Source of the DNA: Octopus sinensis
Taxonomy: Eukaryota
NCBI RefSeq assembly: GCF_006345805.1
Contig: NC_043002.1
Span: 108,004,001 to 108,068,000, forward strand
Reading direction: 5' to 3'
DNA length: 64,000 bases
The notes under the pieces are model-generated. The model ran no database searches. It worked only from the letters and a program-made list of their open reading frames with translations, and was not told the origin of the DNA. A program made the position numbers and the translations under genes. Below, piece by piece: positions 1 through 12,590 of the stretch (position 1 is its first letter; each line of letters opens with the position of its first letter).

Positions 1-293
1 CTATAGCCTCGGGCCGACCAAAGCCTTGTGAGTGGATTTGGTAGATGGAAACTGAAAGAAGCCTGTCATATATATGTATATATATATATGTGTGTGTGTC
101 TGTGTTTGTCCTCACAACATCGCTTGACAACCGATGCTGGTGTGTTTATGTCCCCGTTACTTAGCGGTTCGGCAAAAGAGACCGATAGAATAAGTACTGG
201 GCTTACAAAAGAATAAGACCCGGGGTCGAGTTGCTCGATTAAAGGTGGTGTCCAGCATGGTCGCAGTCAAATGACTGAAACAAGTAAAAGAGT
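1..293 (+). mobile_element. SINE family A (cut by window edge)
   Basis: Body aaagccttgtgagtggatttggtagacggaaactgaaagaagcc, internal (TA/TG)n, tail gactgaaacaagtaaaagag. Confidence 0.85.
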
Positions 294-656
294 ACTAGTT
301 TTTTTTTTTTTTTGACATGGAAAATCCAAAAATGCAAATGAAAGTAATCTGGATGATTTTTTAAAAAAAGTCTTTTCATACCAATGTATGATACACACGG
401 TCCCAGAGAGAAGCCTCATAATGATCACTCAATCTGCATGAAATAACACCCAAACCATCCTCAAATTGCATCCTCTCACTTTCAAAAAACAATGACCCGC
501 TGACTAATGTAGTCCTAGATTTACAACACAAGAGAGAAGGAAGCCAAGATGCTTAGGACTAACTGTTTTGGTCATAGATCAACTCGGTCACACCTTACTT
601 GGGGTTAAACAACACCATTGATAAATTGCAGGGACATGGATCCAGGTATTTCTAGC

Positions 657-691
<35 letters not shown>

Positions 692-961
692 TTCACTAAA
701 TTGTTCAAAATTTATTTGCCACAAGGGTGATGAGAGGACATTAAAGGAACAAATTATGAGAATTTATGAAGAACTTATGGAGAAAAGGAAACCGGTTTAG
801 AAAACAGATGTATATTAAAAAGTATCAAATGAGATGTTAATAGGGGCCATTAAGAAACTTTGGACCCAGGATTCCTCTAAATATTGATGGTAAGTATCCC
901 AACTCAGCTGTATTCTCTAATAATAATAATAATAATAATAATAACAACAACTGTTGTTTAA

Positions 962-1400
962 TCATCATCGTCGTCTAACATCTGTTTTCCATGCTGGCAT
1001 GGGTTGGATGGTTTGACTGAGGACTGGCAAGCCTGTAGGCTGTATCAGGCACCAATCTGATTTGGCAAATGTTTCTACAGCTGGATGCCCTTCCAAACGC
1101 CAACCACTCCATGAGTGTAGTGGGTGCTTTTTACATACCACTGGCATGAGGGCCAGTCAGGCAGTACTGGCATCGGCCATGCTTGAATGGTGCTTTTTTA
1201 CATGCCACCGGCACAGGACCAGTCTGTCGGCACTGGCAATGACCATGTTCAAATGGTGCTTTTTACATGCCACTGGCATGGGAGCCAGTCAAGCGGCACT
1301 GGCAATGGCCACGCTCAAATGGTGCTTTTTACATGCCACTGGCATGGGAGCCAGTTGAGTGGCACTGGCAACGATCAGGCTTGAATGGTGCTTTTGCCAT
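962..1400 (-). mobile_element. Family C: 3' UTR fragment of an RTE-superfamily LINE with internal sub-repeats
   Basis: Ends ccaacccatgccagcatggaaaa..(GAT)n; repeated ggtggcacgtaaaaagcacc units. More than 12 copies, e.g. 18975-19250, 22970-23210, 24460-24912, 28695-29152, 37604-38065, 51620-52040. Confidence 0.75.
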
Positions 1401-1714
1401 AAGGGCAGTAATTTTGGTGGAGAGTGGATGAGTTGATTACATTGACCCGGTGTTCATTTGGGACTTCTAATGTTAAGTACAAAACCAGCTGTTTGGGGAT
1501 GGTGGGTTAGTTGATTACCTTGATATCCTGAGTACTTGATTGGTGCTTTATTTTATCAACCCCACAGGGATGAAATGCAAAGTTGGCCTAGATGGGATCG
1601 GAACTCAGAACCTAAAGAGTTGAAAGAAATACTACCAGGCATTCATTCAACACTAACGTTTCTGCCAGTGTGTGTGAGTAAGTCAAAGTGATTATGTAGA
1701 AGGTATGATTGTGT

Positions 1715-2315
1715 AGGCGGTGAGCTGGCAGAAACGTTAGCACGCCGGGCGAAATGCGTAGCCGTATTTCGTCTGCCGTTACGTTCTGAGTTCAAATTCC
1801 GCCGAGGTTGATTTTGCCTTTCATCCTTTCGGGGGGTCGATAACTTAAGTACCAGTTACACACTGGGGTCAATATAAACGACTTAATCCGTTTGTCTGTC
1901 CTTGTTTGTCCTCTCTGTGTTTAGCCCCTTGTGGGTAGTAAAGAAATAGTCATTTCGTCTGCCGCTACGTTCTGAGTTCAAATTCCGCCGAGGTTGACTT
2001 TGCCTCTCATCCTTTTGGGGTCCATAAATTAAGTACCAGTTACCTACTGGGGTCAATATAAACGACTTAATCCGTTTGTCTGTCCTTGTTTGTCCTCTCT
2101 GTGTTTAGCCCCTTGTGGGTAGTAAAGAAATAGTTATTTCGTCTGCCGCTACATTCTGAGTTCAAATTCCGCCGAGGTTGACTTTGCCTCTCATCCTTTT
2201 GGGGTCCATAAATTAAGTACCAGTTACCTACTGGTGTCAATATAAACGACTTAATCCGTTTGTCTGTCCTTGTTTGTCCTCTCTGTGTTTATCCCCTTGT
2301 GGGTAGTAAAGAAAT
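1715..2315 (+). mobile_element. SINE family B (Meta-domain-like core), one head plus three tandem bodies, single TSD
   Basis: Head ggcggtgagctggcagaaacgttag; core ctttgcctttcatcctttcggggtcgataa..aagtaccag resembles the MetaSINE domain; about 184-bp body x3; AGGTATGATTGTGT at 1701-1714 and 2316-2329. Confidence 0.85.
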
Positions 2316-3102
2316 AGGTATGATTGTGTGGGCGTATCACTGTACATGAATGACTGTGACTAATTGTGTGTGTGTGTGATCAGAAATAGATATGGGAAAG
2401 AGAGAGATAAGGAGATAGTGATAGAAGGGCTGTAAAGGGACAGAGAGGTGGTGGTGGTGGAAGAGATGAATGGTGGTAATATCAATGATAGTATTGTGAC
2501 AAATTAATTCATACATACAGCAGTGACAATCCTAACAATGGTGACTAAACAGACAACAGGGAAAAGAGACGACCGACCGAGACCTACCACTTAGTTAAAA
2601 CAAGTTTGTTATGGAAACCAATAACTGAGCTGAGTAGATCGAAGCAAACGAATAGAGATGGGAAAACTGATTGAGATGATGAATAAGAAGAGGACAGAAG
2701 AGGAGTTATTATGATGCAATGATGTTATCGGATACAACAAGGAGTGGCATGGGAAAAGATATGGAAACGTTTTGATGTTAAATTGGAAATATGCAAACCT
2801 GTATCAGTAATAATTGTATAAGATCAGTAAAAAAAGGGTTGTGGTGATATAGAAACCTAAATGTGATGATAATTGATTCTAATTTAGGCACAAGGCCTAC
2901 ACATTTTCGAGGGGAGAGCATGGGGTCATGTCAACTCCTGTGTATGACTGCTATGGAAGTTTCATTGGGCCCCAGATGCATGAAAGCAAAGTTGCATTTG
3001 ATGGGATTTGATCACAGAAGGTAAAGAGCTGAAAGAAATACAAGGCATTTTGCCTGAAGCTCTAACCATTCAAATAACCACTATAATAATAATAATAATA
3101 AT

Positions 3103-3515
3103 ATAGGCGCAGGAGTGGCTGTGTGGTAAGTAGCTTGCTTACCAACCACATGGTTCTGGGTTCAGTCCCACTGCGTGGCATCTTGGGCATTGTTTTCTGC
3201 TATAGCCCCAGGCTGACCAATGCCTTGTGAGTGGATTTGGTAGACGGAAACTGAAAGAAGCCTGTCGTATATATGTGTATATACATATATATATATATAT
3301 ATGTAGGTGTGTGTATGTGTATGTTCCCCCACCATCGCTTGACAACCGATGCCGGTGTGTTTACGTCCCCCGTCACTTAGCGGTTCGGCAAAAGAGACTG
3401 ATAGAATAAGTACTGGGCTTACAAGAATAAGTCCCAGGGTCGATTTGCTCGACTAAAGGCGGTGCTCCAGCATGGCCGCAGTCAAATGACTGGAAAAAGT
3501 AAAAGAGTAAAAGAG
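3103..3515 (+). mobile_element. SINE family A, full length (about 410-430 bp)
   Basis: tRNA-like head ggcgcaggagtggctgtgtgg..ggttcagtccc, internal microsatellite, (TAAAAGAG)n tail; more than 20 related copies or fragments in the window. Confidence 0.9.
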
Positions 3516-4109
3516 AATAATAATAATGATAATAATAATAATATTGATTTCAAATTGTGCCACAGGGGCAGCAGTTTTTGAGGGGAGTGGATGAGTCGAT
3601 TACATCAACCCCAGTGTTCAACTGGTATTTATTTTATCAACCTTGAAAGGATGAAAGGCAAAGTCGACCTCAGCAGAATTTGAACTCAGAACATAGCAAC
3701 AGGCAAAATACCGCTAAGCATTTCATCCAACATGCTAAATGGTTACTCTCATTAATTTTGACATATTTGTGTTTCAAGGAGAGGATTTAAAAGCAAAAAA
3801 GCAGCTTTAACAATAAAAGAAGCTTCGTGTATTTGCGATGGATGTGTGAATGTTATTTGGGTCCCAGGATGGATTTTGCTGTGAAGTCACAATGGGGAGA
3901 ATGACGATTTTGACTTTGTCTGGGATCAGGTAAATGAGTCTGTTGATTGCAGGATATAATTATTTTACTGTTCTATTTCTTCAACACAAAATGATTTGAT
4001 GCATCGTGATACATTTTACGCCATGCAGATCGATCTGTGCAATGATTTTCCCAAGATGTTAAATCAAATTGCAGAGACTTTAGTGATTGCTTCAATTTAA
4101 TCTTATACC

Positions 4110-4392
4110 TAGGACGGGTCTTCCGTTACCACGGTATCCCTCTATTCGTTGGCCATACAAAAGAACTTTCGGAATGTGGTCGTCTTTCATTCGAACAACA
4201 TGTCCTACCCATCTGCACTGAATTATCAGCAGCGTGCTTTGGATACTGGAGATGTCACACTTTTCTAAGATTTTGACATTTGATATCATATCTTTCCATT
4301 TTATGTTGCAGATATCACGCAGACAACAGGTGTGAAAGGTTTCAAGTTTCTTTATATGTCTCCAGAAGTGAGTCCATGCTTCAACCCCAATA
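4110..4392 (-). mobile_element. RTE LINE ORF2 fragment (duplicated at about 5434-5716)
   Basis: EAWTHFWRHIKKLETFHTCCLRDICNIKWKD..RWVGHVVRMKDDHIPKVLLYG. Confidence 0.85.
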
Positions 4393-4393
4393 C

Positions 4394-4426
<33 letters not shown>

Positions 4427-4427
<1 letters not shown>

Positions 4428-4839
4428 TAGGCGCAGGAGTGGCTGTGTGGTAAGTAGCTTGCTTACCAACCACATGGTTCTGGGTTCAGTCCCACTGCGT
4501 GGCATCTTGGGCATTGTTTTCTGCTATAGCCCCAGGCTGACCAATACCTTGAGTGTGGATTTGGTAGACGGAAACTGAAAGAAGCCTGTCGTATATATGT
4601 GTATATACATATATATATATATATATGTAGGTGTGTGTATGTGTATGTTCCCCCACCATCGCTTGACAACCGATGCCGGTGTGTTTACGTCCCCCGTCAC
4701 TTAGCGGTTCAGCAAAAGAGACTGATAGAATAAGTACTGGGCTTACAAGAATAAGTCCCAGGGTCGATTTGCTCGACTAAAGGCGGTGCTCCAGCATGGC
4801 CGCAGTCAAATGACTGGAAAAAGTAAAAGAGTAAAAGAG
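4427..4839 (+). mobile_element. SINE family A (in duplicated block)
   Basis: Near-identical to 3103-3515 at offset 1324. Confidence 0.9.
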
Positions 4840-6408
4840 AATAATAATAATGATAATAATAATAATATTGATTTCAAATTGTGCCACAGGGGCAGCAGTT
4901 TTTGAGGGGAGTGGATGAGTCGATTACATCAACCCCAGTGTTCAACTGGTATTTATTTTATCAACCTTGAAAGGATGAAAGGCAAAGTCGACCTCAGCAG
5001 AATTTGAACTCAGAACATAGCAACAGGCAAAATACCGCTAAGCATTTCATCCAACATGCTAAATGGTTACTCTCATTAATTTTGACATATTTGTGTTTCA
5101 AGGAGAGGATTTAAAAGCAAAAAAGCAGCTTTAACAATAAAAGAAGCTTCGTGTATTTGCGATGGATGTGTGAATGTTATTTGGGTCCCAGGATGGATTT
5201 TGCTGTGAAGTCACAATGGGGAGAATGACGATTTTGACTTTGTCTGGGATCAGGTAAATGAGTCTGTTGATTGCAGGATATAATTATTTTACTGTTCTAT
5301 TTCTTCAACACAAAATGATTTGATGCATCGTGATACATTTTACGCCATGCAGATCGATCTGTGCAATGATTTTCCCAAGATGTTAAATCAAATTGCAGAG
5401 ACTTTAGTGATTGCTTCAATTTAATCTTATACCTAGGACGGGTCTTCCGTTACCACGGTATCCCTCTATTCGTTGGCCATACAAAAGAACTTTCGGAATG
5501 TGGTCGTCTTTCATTCGAACAACATGTCCTACCCATCTGCACTGAATTATCAGCAGCGTGCTTTGGATACTGGAGATGTCACACTTTTCTAAGATTTTGA
5601 CATTTGATATCATATCTTTCCATTTTATGTTGCAGATATCACGCAGACAACAGGTGTGAAAGGTTTCAAGTTTCTTTATATGTCTCCAGAAGTGAGTCCA
5701 TGCTTCAACCCCAATACAATAATAATAATAATAATAATAATCATTCTGTTGTGTCTGGGGAGAGTCATTTTCTTTTTGTGCCTTATAATCTATGTGAGTG
5801 TGTTATATAATAAGGCACAAGAAGAAAATAACTCTCACCAGACAACAAAATATGCTTCAACACACAAACTCATATAAAGAATCTTGCAAACCAAATCCAA
5901 AAATGAAAAATAATAATAATGATGATGATGATGATGATAATAATAGTTTCATATTTTGGCACATGGCCAGCAAGTTCAGGGACAGGGGTAGTCAATTACA
6001 ACAACCCCAGCACTCAACTGGTACTTTAGTGACCCCGAAAGGGATGAAAGACAAAATTGACTTCAGTGGAATTAGAACTCAGCAGATAAAGCCAAACAGA
6101 ATGCTACCAAGCATTCTGTCTGGTATGCTAACAATTCTGCCAGCTCACTGCCTTAACAATAATAATCCTTTATACTATAGGCACAAGGTCTGAAATTTGG
6201 GGTCAGTTACATTGACCCCAATGAATAACTGGTACTTAATTTATCAACCCCCAAAAGGATGAAAGTCAAAGTCGACCTCGGCGGAATTTGAAGTCAGAAT
6301 GTAAGGACGGATGAAAAGCTGCAAAGCATTTTGCTCATGCCAACAATCTGGCCAGCACGCCATAATAATAATAATAATAATAATATAATAATGATAATAA
6401 TAATAATT

Positions 6409-6753
6409 ACAACAAAAGCACTCAGAGAGTGCAAACCTCCACCAAGATAACACCAATGACCTCTCAATGATTAGCCAGAGATAATTTTTTAAATGAGAAT
6501 ATCTGAAATAAACTTGACTGCTCTCACAAACGAGAAGACTAAAAATGAACCTGACCACCCTCAAAAATTAAATTAAAAAATTCGGAAAAATAATCCAGAA
6601 TCCTTGTCTGGTACTGGATCAATCTCAAAATCTAATCAGTTAATGTCAATCCCTGGAAGTTTCATTTGAATCCATTCAGCGGTTCTTGAGATATCTTTCC
6701 ACAAGCAAACAAACACCACTGAAAAACAATACTTCCACCAAGACGGAGGTAAT
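6409..6753 (+). mobile_element. Unclassified interspersed repeat (about 350 bp); second copy 56549-56912
   Basis: Shared gcactcagagagtgcaaacctccacc..cagcggttcttgagatatc..ggcggaggtaataa; both follow (AAT)n. Confidence 0.7.
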
Positions 6754-7221
6754 AATAATAGTTTCTGATTGAAGCACATGGCTTGTAATATTTGAAGGGA
6801 GGGGCTTAGTCAATTACATCAACCCCAGCATTTGACTGGTACTTTATTTCACTGACCCTCAAAGGATGAAAGATAAAGTCAACCTTGGCATGATTCGAAG
6901 ACAGAGGATGCAAAAAAAAAAAAAACCAAAAACAAAAACCCTATATACCAAAGATCCTCAGGAATGGAAACCAAATTGCTCATTTGATGAGTTAAAGAGA
7001 AGGTGGAAGGACAGGTTTTATGGTCTTGTAGCAGAGTCTCAGACTAGTGTAGTGGTCCTCAACCATTTTTTACCTACTCCAGTGGGCATCCATAGCCATA
7101 CTCTTTATAATTATTAATATATATTCCAGACAATTTTAACTGTCCACCAAAGGGTACATGGAATTACCCATTGGAAGAATTCAGAAAGCGACTAACAACT
7201 AATTGTAGTCATAGATAATAT

Positions 7222-7648
7222 AGTTCTATATTTAAGAGATGAGGAATTATTTACATTATTTACATTTGACGGATATTTGTCCTCATCTTGTTTGTTGTTA
7301 ACATTTTGGCTGATATATCCTCAGCCTTCATCAGGTATCTTGGGGAAATTTTGAACCGGGGTTCTCATTCCTAAACTATTTTTCGATATTATTATTATTA
7401 TTCAGGTAACGATATTATTATTATTATTCAGGTAATTATTCGGCTACTAACCCGAAGATTCATTCTGAGTTCGATTCCAAGCAGTGACCTGAATAATAAT
7501 AACAACATCAAAAAATACTTTAGGAATGTGAATCCAGGTTCGAAATTTCCCCAAGACACCTGATGAAAGCTGGAGGGTATATCAGCTGAAATGTTGTGTT
7601 AACAACAAACAAGATGAGGACAAATATACATCAAGTGTAAATAATGTA
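7222..7648. mobile_element. Second head-to-head inverted dimer of SINE family D
   Basis: Minus arm about 7222-7432, plus arm 7441-7648; possible TSD TGTAGTCA at 7204-7211 and 7645-7652. Confidence 0.75.
7555..7600 (+). ncRNA. Hammerhead motif, family D copy
   Basis: GACAC-CUGAUGA-A-AGCUG-loop-CAGCU-GAAAU-GUU-GUGUU; stem II reads AGCUG/CAGCU and remains fully paired. Confidence 0.55.
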
Positions 7649-8817
7649 GTCACAAATGTTAGATACTGATTGTTGTGGTTAGCTGGAACATAACTGAGAG
7701 CTAATATGGCATCCACTTAGATAATATATCCCTCCAAACTCACTTGTGTGTGTGTGTGTGTGTGTTTATTTTTGAAACTGAAAACACTACAGTAGTTACT
7801 CTGATACCTCGGGTTTCATACATGACTCCTGTTGTAGTGTTTTCTTCAACTTCAGAAGTATGTATGCATCACATAGGTATAGCAACATTGGATGCAGAAT
7901 TGGTCTGCTTGTGGTATTTGGCTCTGTTCTTTTACACCCGAGTTGAATTTGAAATTTGTCTTTACAAGGTTAATAAAATAATAGACAAACATGGGAATCA
8001 ATATCATCAATTAAAGTCAGTGCTCCAGCATGGCCACAATAAAAGAATTACATAAAGTGATTTAGTAGAGTTTATAAAACAAGGGGAAGGCCAGACAGTG
8101 ATGGTAAAGGTATATGGAAGTGGAGGAGATCATTAGAGGGAATTGTTTGAAGGATATTTGGAAGGAAGATAAAAGGCACTGCAAGAACCATGAAGAAGTG
8201 AGAAGACTAAGAGAGTGCAGTAGCAGCATTAGTAGTAGTAGTAGTATAGGTATTAGTAGTAGTAGTGTTAGTAGTAGCAGCCTGAATGAAGCCCGCTTGA
8301 AGGAATTAAACAAAAACAAAGAACATACACATTATATGCATTTGTTGTTTCAGTCTCAGGTTCACTAAAGAAGAAAAACAAAAAGAAAAAAGAAACCAAA
8401 AAATAAAGAAAAATTAAAACAAAAATGAAATAAGTAAAAATATGGAATAAATTAAAATCATATTTTCATTGGAATTACACAAAAATTAACAAAATTCTTT
8501 TAAATAAAATTGTTTATAAATTTCAAAGAAAAAAAAATAAAACAAAATATTGAAACTTTGAAATCAAATAAAAAGAAACAATAGCAGTGAGAGAAATAAA
8601 ATATATAACTCTATAAAATATGTAAATAAATATATGGCAAACAAAGAAATAATGAAAATACAACTAAAAGATAAATTATATAAACAGATAAAAAAAAAAG
8701 CAATGTTTATAATGGACATCTGGTGAGCAAACAGGATTTGTGCCAAAAATTGACTTGTGTCTTCATTTTACATACAGAGACCAAGATAAATGGTGATTCA
8801 ATGTGCTGAAGAAGACC

Positions 8818-10427
8818 TGTTTGTTATTGTAAAAAAGGTCCTAAAGTATTTTGTCAATGTACATGCTGGCCCTTTCCCTGTCTGTTGTTGTAAAAAAGGT
8901 CCTAAAGTATTTTGTTGATGTACATGCTGGGCCCTTCCCTTGTTTGTTATTGTAAAAAAGATCCTAAAGTATTTTGTTGATGTACATGCTGGGCCCTTTC
9001 CCCTGTTTGTTGTTGTAAAAAAGGTCCTAAAGTATTTTGTTGATGTACATGCTGGGCCCTTCCCTGTTTGTTGTTGTAAAAAAGGTCCTAAAGTATTTTG
9101 TTGATGTACATGCTGGGCCTTTCCCTGTTTGTTGTTGTAAAAAAGGTCCTAAAGTATTTTGTTGATGTACATGCTGGGCCCTTCCTTGTTTGTTATTGTA
9201 AAAAAGGTCCTAAAGTATTTTGTTGATGTACATGCTGGGCCCTTCCCTGTTTGTTATTGTAAAAAAGATCCTAAAGTATTTTGTTGATGTACATGCTGGG
9301 CCCTTCCCTGTTTGTTGTTGTAAAAAAGGTCCTAAAGTATTTTGTTGATGTACATGCTGGGCCCTTCCCTGTTTGTTGTTGTAAAAAAGGTCCTAAAGTA
9401 TTTTGTTGATGTACATGCTGGGCCCTTCCCTTGTTTGTTATTGTAAAAAAGATCCTAAAGTATTTTGTTGATGTACATGCTGGGCCCTTTCCCTGTTTGT
9501 TGTTGTAAAAAAGGTCCTAAAGTATTTTGTTGATGTACATGCTGGGCCCTTTCCCTGTTTGTTGTTGTAAAAAAGGTCCTAAAGTATTTTGTTGATGTAC
9601 ATGCTGGGCCCTTCCCTTGTTTGTTGTTGTAAAAAAGGTCCTAAAGTATTTTGTTGATGTACATGCTGGGCCCTTTCCCTGTTTGTTATTGTAAAAAAGG
9701 TCCTAAAGTATTTTGTCAATGTACATGCTGGGCCCTTTTCCCTGTTTGTTGTTGTAAAAAAGGTCCTAAAGTATTTTGTTGATGTACATGCTGGGCCCTT
9801 CCCTTGTTTGTTATTGTAAAAAAGATCCTAAAGTATTTTGTTGATGTACATGCTGGGCCCTTTCCCTGTTTGTTGTTGTAAAAAAGGTCCTAAAGTATTT
9901 TGTTGATGTACATGCTGGGCCCTTCCCCTGTTTGTTGTTGTAAAAAAGGTCCTAAAGTATTTTGTTGATGTACATGCTGGGCCCTTTCCCTGTTTGTTAT
10001 TGTAAAAAAGGTCCTAAAGTATTTTGTTGATGTACATGCTGGGCCCTTCCCCTGTTTGTTGTTGTAAAAAAGGTCCTAAAGTATTTTGTTGATGTACATG
10101 CTGGGCCCTTCCCTTGTTTGTTATTGTAAAAAAGATCCTAAAGTATTTTGTTGATGTACATGCTGGGCCCTTTCCCTGTTTGTTGTTGTTAAAAAGGTCC
10201 TAAAGTATTTTGTTGATGTACATGCTGGGCCCTTCCCCTTGTTTGTTATTGTAAAAAAGATCCTAAAGTATTTTGCTGATGTACATGCTGGGCCCTTCCC
10301 TTGTTTGTTATTGTAAAAAAGATCCTAAAGTATTTTGTTGATGTACATGCTGGGCCCTTCCCCTGTTTGTTATTGTAAAAAAGGTCCTAAAGTATTTTGT
10401 TGATGTACATGCTGGGCCCTTCCCCTG
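8818..10427. repeat. Minisatellite, 26 copies of a 61-62 bp unit
   Basis: gtttgttgttgtaaaaaaggtcctaaagtattttgttgatgtacatgctgggcccttccct; copies counted line by line. Confidence 0.97.
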
Positions 10428-11765
10428 TACCCAGTCTGACCCTCAAGCATTCCCCACATTTCATCCACCACCCTTAAGTATCTCTGACCTTCATTTATGT
10501 CACTCTACATCTCTTCCTCATTCTTACATTTTGTTCATCAGCCCCCTACATTCTGACCAAGTAAGTTCTGAGCCACTTCCCTCTCTCTCTCTCTCTCACC
10601 TTACCCACATCCTTCAATACTGATATCTTGCATCAACCACACATCGTCCACTCTTATTGATCACTCCCTACATTCACTTCTACCCCATCTATAACCATCC
10701 ATGACTCTCCCATCACATTCTTATAACCCACACTTTCCTCCAATCTTGATCCACTCTCTACATTCTCCTTCATGACTAACCTTCTTGCACCCTGAGAGTA
10801 TGTTCTGGCACCCTATCACCACCCTCTTTTTCTTCTTTCCAACTACTCCCACCCACCATTATATAATACAGAGTAGCCATGTATCTCTATAGCAACACAT
10901 GCGTACTTGTCCTTCTCAACACCCTGCATCAAGCCACCTTCCCTTTTTCTACTACAACCTCACTCAGTCATAAACGGAATCAAAGACCATCCTTTTACAT
11001 ATTTTAACAAGTGTCAGTCATCTGACTGTGGCCATGCTGCAGCACAAATATCCTAAGTACAGTCAATTTCTTTGACTCCCCACCCCTGCACTATTATTTT
11101 TATCAAGCAGCTACATATTTTACCAACTTTGACAGGATGGAAGGCAAAATGGACCTGAATTTCATTTGAATTCAGAATGTAGAGAGAGGAATGTAGGGTA
11201 ATTTGTACAATCGGTTTTATAGGAACCAGAAACCACACCTCTCCAGACTATATCCTCAAAGAGGTGATCTTAACATTGCAAACTATCAAATCACTTATTA
11301 ATGTCAAGCTAACAAGGGAGCCTCTATACAACCCTTTAAATTACTAAAAATACCAGCCAAGTTCTCTACACCCAACCTTCTTAATAAAGGAAGGAGTCAT
11401 AGGATAGTATAGTCCCAGACACACTACACTAGAACAAAGATGGAATCGCCACAACTGGAATATTCCTTATGAGAAAGAGGTCTGTTCAGTCACAGCAGAG
11501 TCCAATCACCAGGATTCCATACAGTTTCCATTTACTCAGTTTCTTTACAAGACTTTGGTCAACACAAGCCTCTGGCAGAAGACACTAACCCAAGATGCTG
11601 CAGGGTGGAATTGAAGTGAAGTTCTTAACTCAATAGTTATTCCTTTACCAATTTTCAGGACCCCGACTTGCAACTAGACAAAATTTTTACACAGAGTTTA
11701 AAACTTAAAAAAGAAAAAAAAAAAGAAAGAAAATGTGTCAAGTTTAAAGAAATATTTGCACATAC

Positions 11766-11848
11766 TTGTCTTCATTGCGACTAACCAGTGCAATTCTGCC
11801 ATAGTCCCAGGCCAATCTTCGCAGAAGTGAGAAAAGTAAAAGGAGAAT
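11766..11848 (-). CDS. TMEM63: TMEM63/OSCA second coding exon (83 nt, phase 0 to phase 2)
   Basis: Acceptor ctttattcacag, then ILLLLFSLLRRLAWDYGRIALVSRNED+AA, then donor GTATGT. AWDYGRIAL matches the TMEM63 AWDYGRLAL motif and continues exon 1 in frame. Confidence 0.92.
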
Positions 11849-11870
11849 CTGTGAATAAAGAAGCAAATAT

Positions 11871-11922
11871 AAATTCCATTAAAATTCCATTAAAATTCCA
11901 TTAAAATTTCATTAAAAATTCC
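11871..11922 (-). promoter_or_regulatory. 11-bp tandem repeat (about 4.5 copies) giving four branch-point-like TTTTAAT motifs before exon 2
   Basis: Plus strand (aaattccatta)n. Sense-strand TTAAT adenosines at 11879, 11890, 11901 and 11912 (-31, -42, -53, -64 from the 3' splice site). Confidence 0.45.
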
Positions 11923-12158
11923 ACAGTCTTTAGGGAAATCAAAAAGCAATTCTTGTAATCACAATTTGCAATTTATATGGTAAATGGAAAACTGAGCTGT
12001 TCTATTTTAGCAAGAGGAACCTCTACGGTAGTGGTTCTCAAATGGGGTCCATATGGCCCTTGGTGGGGGAGGGGGTGGTCTATATAAGATTTTGATGTTA
12101 GAATTTATGTGCAATAAATAGGTTATAATTCTACAACACAGATTATTTTAAATGTTCA

Positions 12159-12321
12159 CACAGGAGTGGCTGTGTGGTAAGTAGCTTGTCTACCAACCAC
12201 ATGGTTCCGGGTTCAGTCCCACTGCGTGGGACCTTGGGCAAGTGTCTTCTACTATAGCCTCGGGCCGACCAAAGCCTTGTGAGTGGATTTGGTAGACGGA
12301 AACTGAAAGAAGCCCGTCGTA

Positions 12322-12384
<63 letters not shown>

Positions 12385-12590
12385 ATGTGTTTGTGTGTCT
12401 GTGTTTGCCCCTAGCATTGCTTGACAACCGATGCTGGTGCGTTTATGTCCCCGTTACTTAGCGGTTCAGCAAAAGAGGCCGATAGAATAAGTACTGGGCT
12501 TACAAAAGAATAAGTCCCGGGGTCGAGTTGCTCGATTAAAGGCGGTGCTCCAGCATGGCCGCAGTCAAATGACTGAAACAGGTAAAAGAG
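12159..12590 (+). mobile_element. SINE family A followed by a partial copy to about 12820
   Basis: Same consensus, expanded internal (TA)n. Confidence 0.85.

Larger units (their letters stand above)
3083..5740. repeat. Tandem duplication, 1324-bp unit x2
   Basis: Constant offset 1324; (AAT)n at all three junctions. Confidence 0.95.

Noticed and set aside
8700-8880. TMEM63 exon 3 candidate next to the minisatellite
   Set aside because: With phase 2 from exon 2, every nearby minus-strand AG gives a stop within about 15 codons, and there is no TMEM63 similarity.
8818-10427. CRISPR array or repeat-coding exon
   Set aside because: No unique spacers; the unit is 61-62 bp (not a multiple of 3) and reading frames hit stops within one to three units.
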